Assembly (NCBI GenBank): GCA_002269645.1 | Contig: NIVC01001184.1 | Coordinates: 62,001 to 126,000, forward strand | Reading direction: 5' to 3' | DNA length: 64,000 nt | Origin: Macrostomum lignano | Lineage: Eukaryota | Shown here: positions 1 to 12,249 of the stretch, in pieces | How the letters are laid out: every line of letters begins with the position of its first letter | Position numbering within the stretch: position 1 is the first letter of the stretch | Position numbers and translations under genes: made by a program | Notes under the pieces: generated by a model | Seen by the model: the letters and a program-made list of their open reading frames with translations, nothing else | What the model was told of the DNA's origin: nothing | The model's database searches: none

Positions 1-2114
1 TACAGCTGTTCAAGTACAAATTTGCTGTCTGATTAGTTTATGTAAATCTATAAAACAAGATTTGTCACTAGACGATTAATTTAACTTCCTCTTGGCCGTC
101 TTTATAAATTTTAGTAGTTTAGCTCGTATTCTATCACTTCCTGTAGACCTCATTCAGGCACCTCACTTGTCACTATGGAAGTACGCTTGCAATGTACGAG
201 CGTGTATAAAGTAAGAACTAAAAGAATTAAAGAGGATGCAGAAATTCCGGGAATGATGCAGAAATTCCGGCAATTTCAAAATTGACACCCAAAATTGAAG
301 CTCATTGTCGAGTTGAAATCCCAGGGAGAAGTGGAAGGACTTAACTGAGTCACTGTCAGTCATGCCATTCTGTCAAAATCCAATACTCTGTCGAGATGAT
401 GATGGTGGAAAAGACTCTGTCAGAAAATGAAAACAGGATATTGCCAATATTTCAGTTGATGGGTGCAATAAAATTGTGAGCTATTTGAGGCCTCTCAAAA
501 ATCAGCCTACAGGACACAAGAGCAGGACACCAGTGAACGCCAAATTTGGCAGTTAGCAGTTGATATTTTTGCACTCGAGTGGCATAAGCAATGATTTTTT
601 TAGCGAAAAGCGACACTAAACGACATGAGATTGGCAGCAGAGTGAAAATTTGAAAAAAAAACTAATTGAAAACGGAATCGTTCGCATCGAGTGGGAACCA
701 GTTCGAGTGGTGCATTTAAACCAAGCTGACTCGCGGTCCTACAAAACCAACTGTAGAAATCGTTGCGATGGACCATAGACGTAAGTTGTGATGAAAACAC
801 TTACGGTTTGCCTAAACAGGTCGTAATATTGCGACAGATGCGGTTTCTCGAAACGTTCTAGGTCTATGGTCTTTTGTAAGGTTGATCTTAAACTCTACGA
901 CTTTGACCATAGACAGCATATTTTACTTCATGATGAATTGCAAACCGCGTAAGTTGCGAGAACTCTAAAAATTTTCTTCGAGAAACAGCTTTACCACCCG
1001 TCTTACGCTAAGCGCAAAGTTCTGACTTACGACGGCACATACCATAGAACTTACACTAGGCTCGTTGTTTCGAAAAAGACCCCCTGATTGCTACCGTAAA
1101 AACCTAATAGCGTATAGCTAATAGTAAATAATCCATAAAAACACAGCTATTTACATCATGCAGATCGCGGTCAGCAGGCTATTCAAATAGTCAATGTGTC
1201 AATCACGATTCTGGCAGCTGTTTACTCAAGGAACGGTCCATTTGCAACAAGTTAGGATGTATCAGTGTGGACATTTGTGGACACTTTCATGGCTTTATTG
1301 CTAATTAGTACAACTGAAAGTTGGCCCCGAGAGTTTTTACTGGGCAATCAGGTAAACGATGCCCACATAATGCATAGTGTTCGGGGCTACACATCCAGCT
1401 AACTGATTGCCATTTAGGACGTCAAGACTCACTAGACACGGCCCTCAACAACCCTCGTCCACTGCAAACCAATCGCAGACCGCCTCGGCCACACTGGTAG
1501 AGCCCTGTCTGCCAGAACGGATGAGAGAGAGGGAGATGGAGGAGGAAATAACAGTCACCAACAGCTATTTAATAATCTGCGGCATGGATGGAAACCGGAG
1601 CAGAGCTCAGAAGAAAAATTTGGTTTTCCTACGAGCGTACATCAACGAACTATCGTGTCCTGTTTTAGTCGTTTTCTCGATTTTAATCCGTCACTCTCTG
1701 CCCCTATCTCTGGTATTAGTCGCATTACCAATTAGTTCGTTCGACAGCTTGCGCGTGAAAAAAAACGTTCAGCATCAGAGGCGTCGCGTCCTGAGCTCCT
1801 CGCCCAGTATAAAACTGCTTCGACGGCTCTATCCAAAAAAGCCAAAAACACTCGCTCCGAGTGATCGACGCATTGCTGTTGCTGTCTGGTTCAGAGGAGA
1901 CAACTCGCACACTGCCAGGAGCAGGCGCATTTTCTGTAGGCTTGCACACTGTTTGCAGTTTTCTGCCCTGCACTCGAATCCAGAGTCAAGTCGGCACTTC
2001 AAGGTCGGGTGAGTGGGGACAGTTTGTTACTTGAATTTTCCAGTTCTCGTCGTATTTATTCGTGACCTCGCATGCTGCAATGACAAGGTCAAAATCTACA
2101 ACAGAAACAGCAAC

Positions 2115-2411
2115 CAGGGGCGTCGCCACCGGGGGGACAGGACATGCCTCCCTAGTAAAAGCTATGGAGGGACATGCCAATGCTTTGTCTCCCCCTCATG
2201 TCACCTTGTGACCCGTTGTGGTAATCAAAGTTTTGCTTCAGGAAGCCAAAATAGAGTGCCTGCGGCGCCAAAATAAGTGCCTGCGTTGTCAAAATGAGTC
2301 CTACAACACTGATTCTCAGATAAAATGCATACTTGGAGGATTGTAATCATGTAACATATAGAATTATTGATTTTGTCCGCCCCCACCATAAAATCCATGG
2401 CGACGCCCCTG
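2115..2411 (+). mobile_element. Non-autonomous TIR element (MITE), CAGGGGCG family, copy 1
   Basis: Perfect 14-bp terminal inverted repeats caggggcgtcgcca (2115) and tggcgacgcccctg (ends 2411). Internal aaaat(g/a)agtgcctgcg subrepeats. Related copies at 10649-11186, 43990-44115 and 47226-47335. No clear TSD seen. Confidence 0.75.
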
Positions 2412-2775
2412 AAAGCAATTACGTCGTAGACAAAAGGCACGAGCTTAGCTTTATAAAACTTGATTTGTGACATCTATATTGAACAGAAGCAGCCTAAAAA
2501 CTTTACTATAACTGCGCTCTCTCGGAGTCTGTTAACTTTTACCGCATTTGAAAATAGGAAACATAAAGATCAGACAATATGACTTCTATTAAATTTAAAT
2601 TAGCGAAGCCTACTTTATGGATAAACTCATAAAGATAATGCAAACTCATCGTTAGGTTACTCGTTAGGTTAGGTGACTCGTTAGGTTAGGTCGTTAAAAC
2701 TAAGAAGTCAACTCGAATCATCGCTTCAACAATCTTGCGCAGGAGGTAGAGAGTTACACGCGACCTGCTTCAGTC

Positions 2776-3906
2776 ATGTACGACAGCAGCAATAGTACAG
2801 CCGAAGAAGAAGAACTGCCTTGGTTTGAAATTCCCAGCTGGCGCTGGGCCTTCACTAACATCGTCATTTGGCTGATGCCAACTTTAATGGTTTTCGGAAT
2901 AGTCGTCAACGTTCTCTGCTTCATCACCATCCTACTCAACTCGAAGACTTTCCCTAAAATATCGAGGCGCACGATGTTGATCATTACCAGCTTCGACGCG
3001 CTTTCGCTGGCAATCGGCGGCTTCAACTGCTACCAGATCTACTTGATGCGCACAATGAACTACAAACTGTCCCCGTTTCTGAAGCTCATGAACGAAAACG
3101 CGGCCGCGTGTTACATTGTCAACTATGTCCACAAGTACATACTGAATGGAACGCCGTACTTTCACGTTGGACTTACAGTTGAACGCGTCCTAGCCGTGGT
3201 GATGCCGCTGAAAGTGAAGACAATCATGACTGGACGCAACCACTGCATCATGCTAATCATTCTGTTTCTGTTAGGCAGCATTGACCCGGCCCTGTGGTCT
3301 GCCGAGCAAGAGTACATTGACAACCGCTGCGATAGCAGGACTGACGAAGCATTGTTGGCCGTCTTGGACCCACTGCAGTACAATATCGAGTTCTACGTGT
3401 CAAAGGTGGCACTGTTCTTTGTTCTTCTATCCGGATGCATCATCGTGGCCGTTGCGCTTCGGCTTCAGGCCAGCAAGTTGAGCCGCCTGACCAGCGGCTC
3501 GGCCAACCTGAAGCGCAACAAAATGGTCGGCGCCTGCGCCGCGATGATCGGCATGAACCTCGTGTTCTTCCTGACGCACGCGCCCAGGGCGGCCTTCTCT
3601 GTGTACGAAGGCTACAGCGCCAGGTACTTGTCGCCGAGCAAACAACTAACCGAGAGCCAGTTAGACTTGGGCAATCAAGTTTTGGAGGGCTTCATGTTCT
3701 TGAACAGCATTTTCGATCCGTTTGCTTACTTCATTGGACGAAGCTTTCGTACGGCCTTCTGCCAGACGATTGGGGGCGCCATCTGCCTGGCAACCGCTGG
3801 CCTGTGCGGCAGGCGCCGAAAGGCGTCAGCGAAGGAGTCGTCGGGCATCAACCTGGCCACCTCGGTGACGACGGCGTACAATATTAGGACCACCGCTGCT
3901 GGATGA
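2776..3906 (+). CDS. Rhodopsin-like (class A) GPCR, probable peptide receptor, intronless, 376 aa
   Basis: ATG-to-stop ORF with seven hydrophobic segments. TM3 motif TVERVLAV (E/DRY-like), conserved Cys in TM3 (AACY) and ECL2 (NRCD), TM6 FFLTHAP, TM7 NSIFDPFAY (N/DPxxY-like), Ser/Thr-rich C-tail. Confidence 0.9.
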   Translation: MYDSSNSTAEEEELPWFEIPSWRWAFTNIVIWLMPTLMVFGIVVNVLCFITILLNSKTFPKISRRTMLIITSFDALSLAIGGFNCYQIYLMRTMNYKLSPFLKLMNENAAACYIVNYVHKYILNGTPYFHVGLTVERVLAVVMPLKVKTIMTGRNHCIMLIILFLLGSIDPALWSAEQEYIDNRCDSRTDEALLAVLDPLQYNIEFYVSKVALFFVLLSGCIIVAVALRLQASKLSRLTSGSANLKRNKMVGACAAMIGMNLVFFLTHAPRAAFSVYEGYSARYLSPSKQLTESQLDLGNQVLEGFMFLNSIFDPFAYFIGRSFRTAFCQTIGGAICLATAGLCGRRRKASAKESSGINLATSVTTAYNIRTTAAG

Positions 3907-4550
3907 GGCTCGAAGGTAAAAGGACAAACGGAGCTTTTCGGTAACTTTTACCATGCAAGAAAAAATATTAAAACTAGAAAAATCTGACGTTTTTGGCCCT
4001 TTGAGGCTTTGGGGATCTACAAACTGGACTTTAATTCTCTGGGAAGTTGAATTTATGATTGAATGTGCAACACAATGGTTTCAAATACATGTAGGTTCAT
4101 AAAACCATTGAAACGAGTCGTGCCATTTTCATGATTTTAGTCACAGGATATGTACGCACGAGCTAGGATATAAAATTAGTATTAGCTTTGTCAATAAAAT
4201 TAATTCATTGCTTTATGAATATCCATAAAGCTAAGAGAGGCAAGACATATCAGAAAATGAACATTTAAGCCCTGCCTCCTATCAGAAGTAATTACAGTTT
4301 TTGTGCTGAAAAATGAAAGCCTCTTATCTCCGCAATGTATTTTTTGGTCAAACGTGCGGCAGCCTCCTCAAATTTTCTAAAAAACGTATAGTTTCCCTCC
4401 TACTTGAGTAGCTAGTCCTTCTTTTCTTGACTTAAAATTCTCCCATCTGTTAAGAGTATCCCAGATGCAAGTAGATGCAGATATACTTAAGCTCTGAAGG
4501 TGCACTCTGAGGTAGATGATTTTGAATTGGGTACAACAGAAAATATCAAG

Positions 4551-4741
4551 CATAAGATAGAGTGCCAACTTCGCAACTGCAGCTGAAGCCGGAAAAAAGA
4601 AAAATAAGCTATGTATAGAATATTTATCATAACTGCGTATATACTCACACATTCTAAAGTATTTTAAAGTAAACTGCCGGGAAGCTGCACTTTTGGCTCC
4701 ATCTGCAGCTGCAGATGCGAAGTTGGCATTCTGTCTTATGC
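4551..4741. repeat. Fold-back inverted repeat (degenerate MITE-like)
   Basis: gcataagatagagtgccaacttcgcaactgca (4551) is a near-exact reverse complement of tgcagatgcgaagttggcattctgtcttatgc (ends ~4740), with an AT-rich spacer of about 110 bp. Confidence 0.55.
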
Positions 4742-4870
4742 TTAGTATTCTTGCGGTACAGTGCAAGCTGTCTATAGTTAAAGTCTGCAGCGCACACGTC
4801 CACTCAGGATCATATATTTTATCAGCAACAACACCCCGAAACCAGTGGTCAACAACAGGTGGCAATCCAC

Positions 4871-4963
4871 TTGTTGTTGTTGTTGTTGTTGTTGTTTTTC
4901 ATGTTGTTGTTGTTGTTGTTGTTTTTCATGTTGTTGTTGTTGTTGTTGTTTTTCATGTTGTTA
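4871..4963. repeat. (GTT)n compound microsatellite
   Basis: Blocks of (gtt)n separated by tttcat. Confidence 0.9.
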
Positions 4964-5949
4964 AAGCCCTGTGACACCAATTGAAGCATCATCCACAATG
5001 CTATAGCACGAAAATCAAATATCGATTCCTCTACCAGTCTTTTAATCGCTAATTGAGTCACATTGCGAGACTCCCTGTCCTTGATGGCTAATGTATGTAG
5101 TCGTTACTATTCTTTTTACATTCACTAGCTGCTATATTTCCTTTCACTAATAACCATACAGTGTTGAAATCGATGCATTAATTGTTCTTGTTTTGCTTGC
5201 AATATCCTTTGACAGCAGCGTATAAATTCTGTTTCAGTTTTATACAAGTTTACTCTGCTTGTCAGCGGGACTCCAGCTCGTTTTGCAATTCAGATTCTCG
5301 TTGTCAGTTTAGTTGACATTCTATGATTTGCTGATGTACGTCATAATGTAATTTGCAACTTTGAAGTATAGTTTTTCCCGACTTGATTCGAAAAATCGTT
5401 GAGTAGCTAGAACTATATTGTGAACGATTCTTATGCGGTGAAATCAATCGAATCGAGGTCAAATTTTGATTGCCACAATGTTACCCTTTTCGACCTACGT
5501 CGGTTTATTTTAAAATCTTAGAATTTTGTTATTGCACATTCAGGTTTAATTGATTATTGCACTTTCTCAATCAGTGTCTTGATGTCGTATTTCGGATGCT
5601 ATATCATAACTTTTTTATCTAAGCAAGCCTCACACTCAAATGTTAGTTAAAACTTTATGTTGTTGACTTTAACAGTAATTTATTAATCAGACTTATTGCA
5701 CTTGTGTACTTCTTGTTACTTCTATTTAAGTCCGCACAATTATTATTATTTTACATGCAACAGATTTAAGCACTCCACACAGACAAGCAAGTCACTCTGA
5801 AAGGTCATTCACATCTCTATTAATCTTTTTTTTAGAATTTTTGTGAACGCTGTACGGATTTTTAATGTTAAAACTTTTTTAAAAGAACTCGTGAAATATA
5901 AAATGCACAATAGCTCGTTCTGTCTTCACAGACGACCCCACCTTATCTC

Positions 5950-6530
5950 TGAAAATCTGAATTCTGCCGTTTCTCAGAGCACACAATTGGCAAACTTCAG
6001 AATTTTTTTTAATTATTTGATCAAACATCCGTTCGAATTTGCGAATGAAAGCACAACTGCCTACTGGCAGGTAAAGAGAACATTAACATCAGATATCCGT
6101 GCATCATTTCTGAGACACGAAACCTGGCTCTCTTTAGCTCCTGGTTATATAACTTTAGCCTTGAGCTCCTGCACTAAAGTTACGAGCGTACCGAATGCAG
6201 CAATTGCAGGTGAAAGTCCATGCATCCTCTAGTTGGCCGTCACCTCTTAGCCACATAAACTGCAGCTCTCAATTTGTGTATCTCCAGCACTGCATTGTTG
6301 GAAGTGTTGGCGCCAGCTGCTGATGTCAATAATCTTGTCTGCGGTCAAAGGCTTCAAATTCTGGGTTTGTTCTCCTTCTGCCGCACTTGCACTCGATCTG
6401 CGTTGTCTGTCTCTGTGCTATGTGATTTTTTTTCTTCAGCCGCATTGCCCTGTCCCTTCTGCCTTGCAGATCTGAATAGCAGTCAAGCAACCTTCCTAAT
6501 ACACTTTTCTTTGGAGGCATTTCAATTTTA
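5950..6530 (-). mobile_element. Degenerate Helitron fragment
   Basis: The minus strand shares ggtgac(g/a)gccaact(a/g)gagg...caattgctgcattcggtac...taactt with the clear Helitron helicase relic at 50770-51160. Broken peptides resemble RepHel segments (MPPKK..GR start, GDGQLE, RNDA..DVN, PIV..LRN). Confidence 0.45.
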
Positions 6531-9500
6531 AAGTGTCTTTTATGTAATAGTAAAAGTATTGAAATTTTCAATATGGAACTAATTCATTAGGATTATATTG
6601 TATCACTTTTTCATAAATTTTAGTTTTTACACAACCGTCTTATTGTCTTAGTGTTTGCCGTCTTCCTCAACCACTGTTTAATTGTTAAAGTGAAAAAATC
6701 GCTTCTTTTAAATCAGTTTCTTGCACTTTCAAGTTTAGAGTTTAGGGTGGGTGCAAAAATTGGTGCCATTTGTTTAAGCAGTTTCGGTTTCCACAGCGAT
6801 CTAATTTGTACACAGACAGACAGGGTTCTGGTTTCTATAGGTACACAGTGGACAAAGAAAAGCGCTACGGAGCTATCACGGAAACTTTATGCTTGGTCGA
6901 GGTTTTAGTAATCAAAATGTTATTGGAGATCTTAGAGAAATGAGTTGTTAGGAAAGCTATAGTTTACAAAGTTTATTGTTAGCATGTACGAATCTGATAG
7001 TTTGGTCCAGACTAATTAATGGACAAATTTGAATATTTTTGAGGGGCTGACCCATCAATAAACTAATTGATAACTATTAATAGGAGTGCGTGATGGGGGA
7101 GGTCGTTGACAGAAAACGACAATTTCTGCCAAATCATATTGTGAAAGGTTATATGGCTTGAGAAGAGAGTATAGAGGTTTAATCAATTAGCTAGACCATG
7201 GGTCTGACGGAACGTTGGCGTCTGCACCTGACAAGATAATGGCTAATATTTTATCCTCACCAGGAAACTAATTAGTAAAGGCGGATTCTGTGACCAGCTC
7301 TCCAAGGTATGGGTTATTTCGTACGTTTTAGTCCAATTTGAACCCAGCTAATTAGTCTATTGGTGTATTTAGGGTACTCCATAACTTTAAGTACCAGCCA
7401 ATACCCGTAGCTGTAGAAGATACACAAATTGAGGTTATGGCAGACTAATCAAGATAATTGCTTTAATAAAAAGATGTAAAAAAGGTTTGCCATTTATCTA
7501 CTCCCCACTGCCAAAGCAGTTCTCCGTTCAAAAAGCTTTCCTTCGTTTCCTGAATATTGAAATATTAAGAAAGACAATTGAAACGGCGGCAAAAGAGTTC
7601 ACATTTAAACAATTCTGTGTTTCATCGTCGGAAATTGAAATTTTCCGATTTGTTTGAACCAAGCTTTTTTATTACAATGATAGTATCCCGAGCTGTAGAA
7701 CGCAGCGTCCAATATATCATGGTAGTTGATACATTAGAATGGTATTACAAGGTCTTACATTTCATGGACGACTTTTTGATGCGTAATGATTGCCGCAATT
7801 TGAGTCTGCAGACGCGTTTACAGCTGAGCTAACGCTGACCCGAACCCTGCCTTGCGACAACTGCATGACGTGCTCCAGACTTGCTGTTTTATGGTATATG
7901 TCCGCTCCTGTGATAAGGGGGGTCTATCGTCACTTTTAATTTTATCCCATGTCCGAGATATAGTAGTCCCTTCTATACTTGCTTCTCACAGGGTAAATAC
8001 ACGGAGAAATGTGTCTTCGTCGCTTTGTGTGCTCCATTTTTTCTGCCACAAGGAAGAAACCTAGTTGCAGAAACAGCAGTCTTCAATGTCAGCAGGCCTT
8101 ACTCATTTTAATTCAAACATATAAAGATCAGTAACACAGCTGTGCGATACGATGTAAGTTCAACTCTGGCTACGGCTGAAAATTGACGCTATCGACAAAT
8201 CCGATATGAACTGGCGTCAATCAATCTACAACTCATCCTGTGGCCCTTTTCTTTTCCAGAGTGAAGCTGAGGCTCTTAACTAAATAAGTTTGATTGCTCA
8301 TCAGCTGCCAAAGTAACTGTTTATTCTATGGATGCAGCTGAGCATAAATTTCATAAAAGTGCTAGATTTTTCATATTTTCATAAAAAGGCGCTCGCCAGA
8401 CAATCGTTGTCACGCACTGGGACCGCTGATTATTTATCCATTGTATGTATCTAAATAAGCGAGCTTCTCTCTTCTCTTCCTTCGTGACTCGAGAAATTTC
8501 TTAATGAAATTTTGTCTATGGTAAGAATGTGGGGGCTTCGCCCCCACACCCCCATCCCCAACTTCAACCATAGAATACAAGTATGGCTCCGGGATTTATT
8601 CAGAGGGAATCCCTGACAACAATCAAAGCATGAAATGAAGATTTCAAGAAATTGGGCTACTTTTCCACAGACGAAATTCACTCACTTTCTTACTTAAATT
8701 TACCATAGACATCTTCTTTTCTAACCATGGACAAAGCAAACACTTTTTTCTGATCAGGCTGTATTTGCACTGACGAATCTCACTTACTTGGACGAATTCG
8801 GAGTCACTTTCTCTAAAAATTTACCATAGACACTCATTCTCTTCCCCTTGAGCGCTATATAGTTTTGCATACGCTGACGGATTTAAACTCACTTTTGACG
8901 AATCCGAAGTTGAAAAGGAATATTACTACCGTACAATGTAACTTTTCAGCATGTCTTTTCCATAGATAATTACCGAACAATCACTCGTGGCTTCTGCACG
9001 CTGATTGATCTACTATACCAAGTGTTTCTATTTAAAGTGCTTTATCGTCTATGGCAAAACCATGATTAACTATGGCTATGCCTGTATGTGCCATATCTCC
9101 ATTTGTCTTGTACGAGCGTTTCTTGAGCAGACCAAATCACAGAATACCAAATTGGACGCATCTATTTCCAAATTGCTTTCTGCATTCTGCTGTCTATGGC
9201 CAAACCCTAATTATGCTCAAGGAACGAGATACAAGTGTCTGAGTTGAAATTCACAGCAAGTAGAGGCGCAGATTTGTCGGCGGTATAATCAATGAAGCGC
9301 TTAATTGAAATCGAGTGTGCGGATCGAATCTAAATTTGACCGAGCGAATGACTAGCATGGCTTCGAAGGGATTAACCATGGCTTGGCGAATGCTGAAATG
9401 GAACTGAATCCCAAGGGATCGATATCTATGTCGGGAAGAGCAGAGAAATGTTGTATACCGCCTGTCACGTCCCTATAGGTTGAATCAAAAATCAAATTTA

Positions 9501-10648
9501 AATAAAAAACGTTTTTGATACCGAACGAATGGATAAATATAGTATTCTGTGTACTGTGTATATGCTCGAATTTCATTGTCCATTTGCCATATATGGTTTC
9601 TAAAATAATTAAGTAAACGGATTTCAAAGTCAGATCTCACTAATAAAGGTTCAAGGAGGAGTTCAATTGAGTTAGATGACTTCGGATCATCCTTAAAATT
9701 GAGCCAAAGGTTTATGATTCTAGAAGAACTAGGGCCTAGTTAGTTTGTTGGAAAGTATTACTAATAAAAAATTCACTGTTGTTTTTAATCAATAGCCATA
9801 AAAATCAAAAAGTTAAGCTCAATCCAACTATCTGACTTTCGAAGGACTCGCTACAAGGACGCTACACTTGTATTTCTTAGAAATGAGCTGAAAGCCGGTA
9901 ATGAATTATCATATTTATCGTAGTGTCTTTAATATGCTTTAAAGAAATCGGATTTGGGATTCGGAAATGGGTTCGGAGTTGGGGACAGATGATAAAAATT
10001 TGCAGACATTTTTTCTTTCTGTAACACTGGTACTGGATGCCCGCACACGTACTTTAGGCTCGACTTCAAGGTAATGTATATGCACTATTTTTAGATGGGG
10101 CTTTCTCGATTTGCCAAGCGTGGAAGTTTTAAATTTTAAACTTTGGCACGGCGAACGGTTTTCCAGATGGTTTTCTTCTTTTACTTCAGTAAAGTACTTC
10201 TATCTGATAACTTTATGCAGCGACCAACAACTTGCAGCTAAAAAGTCTGGCTGTCGCGAAAGTGATCCACATCAAGTATCAGCACACGAGCCATAACTTT
10301 TGCAGCCTCGTGACCCCTACAGTCGAGTGGGCAGTCTGCGTGAATGCAGATCTGATTTCAGGGTCGAGCTAGAGTCATGGAAGGAAACTGCAGAATAGCT
10401 AATAAAGATCTTAGGCCGGTACTTCTGGCACAGCTTAGCAAAATTGTAGATATTCTAGCTCAGATATTCGATCTCCGCTCTGTTTATACAGAAGAGGCTG
10501 ATACAAGTAGTATGTGCTGAAAATAACTGTGAATTAAGAGCGTTAAGGGAGATAATTATTCTATCATCCATCACAATCCCGTATGGTCTGTAGCCAGCCA
10601 TGTAGAAGACTCCAAATGTCACCACAGACAGGGGCAATATTGCACACT

Positions 10649-11186
10649 CAGAGGCGCCGCAATGGATTTTAGGGTGGGGGGACAAAGCCAAGAATTCTGC
10701 ATATTTTACATGTACATGAGTAAATTCCTACATGTACATTAGTTTAAGAATGGTGCTGTCAGCGATTATTTTGGCGCCACAGACATGCACTCATTTTAGC
10801 GCCTCGGGCACTCATTTTAGCGCCCCAAGCACTCATTTTAGCGCCCCAGGCACTCATTTTAGCGCCACAGGCGTGCACTCATTTTAGCGCCACAGGCGTG
10901 CACTCATTTTAGCGCCACAGGCACTCATTTTAGCGCCACAGGCACTCATTTTAGCGCCACAGGCATGCACTTATTTTAGCGCCACAGGCACTCATTTTAG
11001 CGCCCCAGGCACTCATTTTTGTGTCGCAGACACCATATATTTTGTCGCCCTGAAGCAAAATTATTGATTTCCATTACAGGTCAACAAAGGTGGGGTAGGG
11101 GGGACAAAGCATTGGCATGTCCTCCCCCATAGCTCTTACTGCTGGGGGGACATGTCCCCCTGTCTCCCCTGGTGGCGACGCCCCTG
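10649..11186 (-). mobile_element. MITE, CAGGGGCG family, copy 2 with expanded internal 21-24 bp minisatellite
   Basis: Inverted copy of 2115-2411. Ends cagaggcgccgca and tggcgacgcccctg. About 11 tandem units of gcactcattttagcgccacag at 10790-11020. Confidence 0.75.
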
Positions 11187-11363
11187 GCGCACCTGGATCT
11201 CACTACCAGACCTCTCGAGGCTAGAGCCCCGCCTGGATTGGTTACCAGGGGATTTAGGCTAACAGGGGAGACGCATGCAGCCGAGTACAGGGACTGCTTG
11301 GAGCATATTCGGGAACTCTGGGCTCAATCTGGAGGATTTCTCAGCAGGGGACCCTTTGTTGGC

Positions 11364-12245
11364 TGTGAATGAGGCGGACTTGCGGCGTCAATTACTAAGA
11401 GTAGTGTGAGGCGAAAATGTACTAGCTATAGTTTAGATTGCTCAGGGCGAAGGGACACGTAAGCATGGGGTTGCAACCTTCCTGCTGCCATTCTGTGCCA
11501 AGACCCGCTAATCCCCTCTACTGCACGCACAAGCAGATGAGCTCGCTTGGGGAGCTGAGGGAACTTGACGGTATCGGACCGCGGACCGGCAGAGATTTGT
11601 CCTATAGACGAATGGGGGGTCAGATCAACGTCTGACGGCAAGTCCTAAGAGAGGACGAGAAGGACCGAAGTTGAAGCGTCAAGATGCAAACGTCTGAGGG
11701 TTTTCACGCCGAAAACCGCTTCCTTAAATAGCCCTCACGGCCACCGCTCCGAGGCCATTTCCATGACTCCCTCTCTCTGATTGGCTGCCGGAGAAATGAC
11801 GTCAGAATGAGTCATGATGAGAAGCATGAGAACGGCATAGCAAACATGAGAAATGAGAGAATTGCGCAATCCGGAGGAGGGGTGGGGGAAATGAGCACAG
11901 CGGGGGTCGAAGAAGTGTTGCGCAAGAGGGGGTGATGAGTCATCGGGGTGAAGGAGGGGTCAGAGGCCTTGCGTCACCGTTTGGGATTTTAAAAGGGGAT
12001 GGGGCGACGGTGAGCACAAGCAATACTGTAAGTAAGCACAGGATGAGGAGGGGACAGCGCAAGAAAAGCGGGCTAACATGGTGAGTAAGACGAGGAATGC
12101 GAGAAGTACATGATAAAGGGGTGGGGCGCTTGAAAAATGGGGAGGTAGGCGAGGTGCATAATGAAAAAGGGGCTCCGGAAGGGCACGTGTGGCTGAGTGG
12201 GAGACAGAACCGAGACAGCAGGGGGTCGCAGCAGAGCGGGAGTCA
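11364..12245 (-). mobile_element. LTR-like segment abutting the LINE
   Basis: The left end tgtgaatgaggcgg resembles the solo-LTR end tgtgaagtggggcgg at 38251. There is a cluster of promoter-like motifs on the minus strand (ttaaatag ~11723, gattgg ~11779, tgacgtca ~11797, tgagtca ~11808) and a purine-rich block. No TSD found and boundaries are uncertain. Confidence 0.4.
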
Positions 12246-12249
12246 GCTG

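Noticed and set aside
1407-2012. 201-aa ORF upstream of the GPCR
   Set aside because: TTG start, no recognisable domain and a random-looking composition.
2754-3887. Antisense and shifted ORFs over the GPCR, and similar ones over the lectin genes and the LINE
   Set aside because: Shadow ORFs of GC-rich coding sequence.
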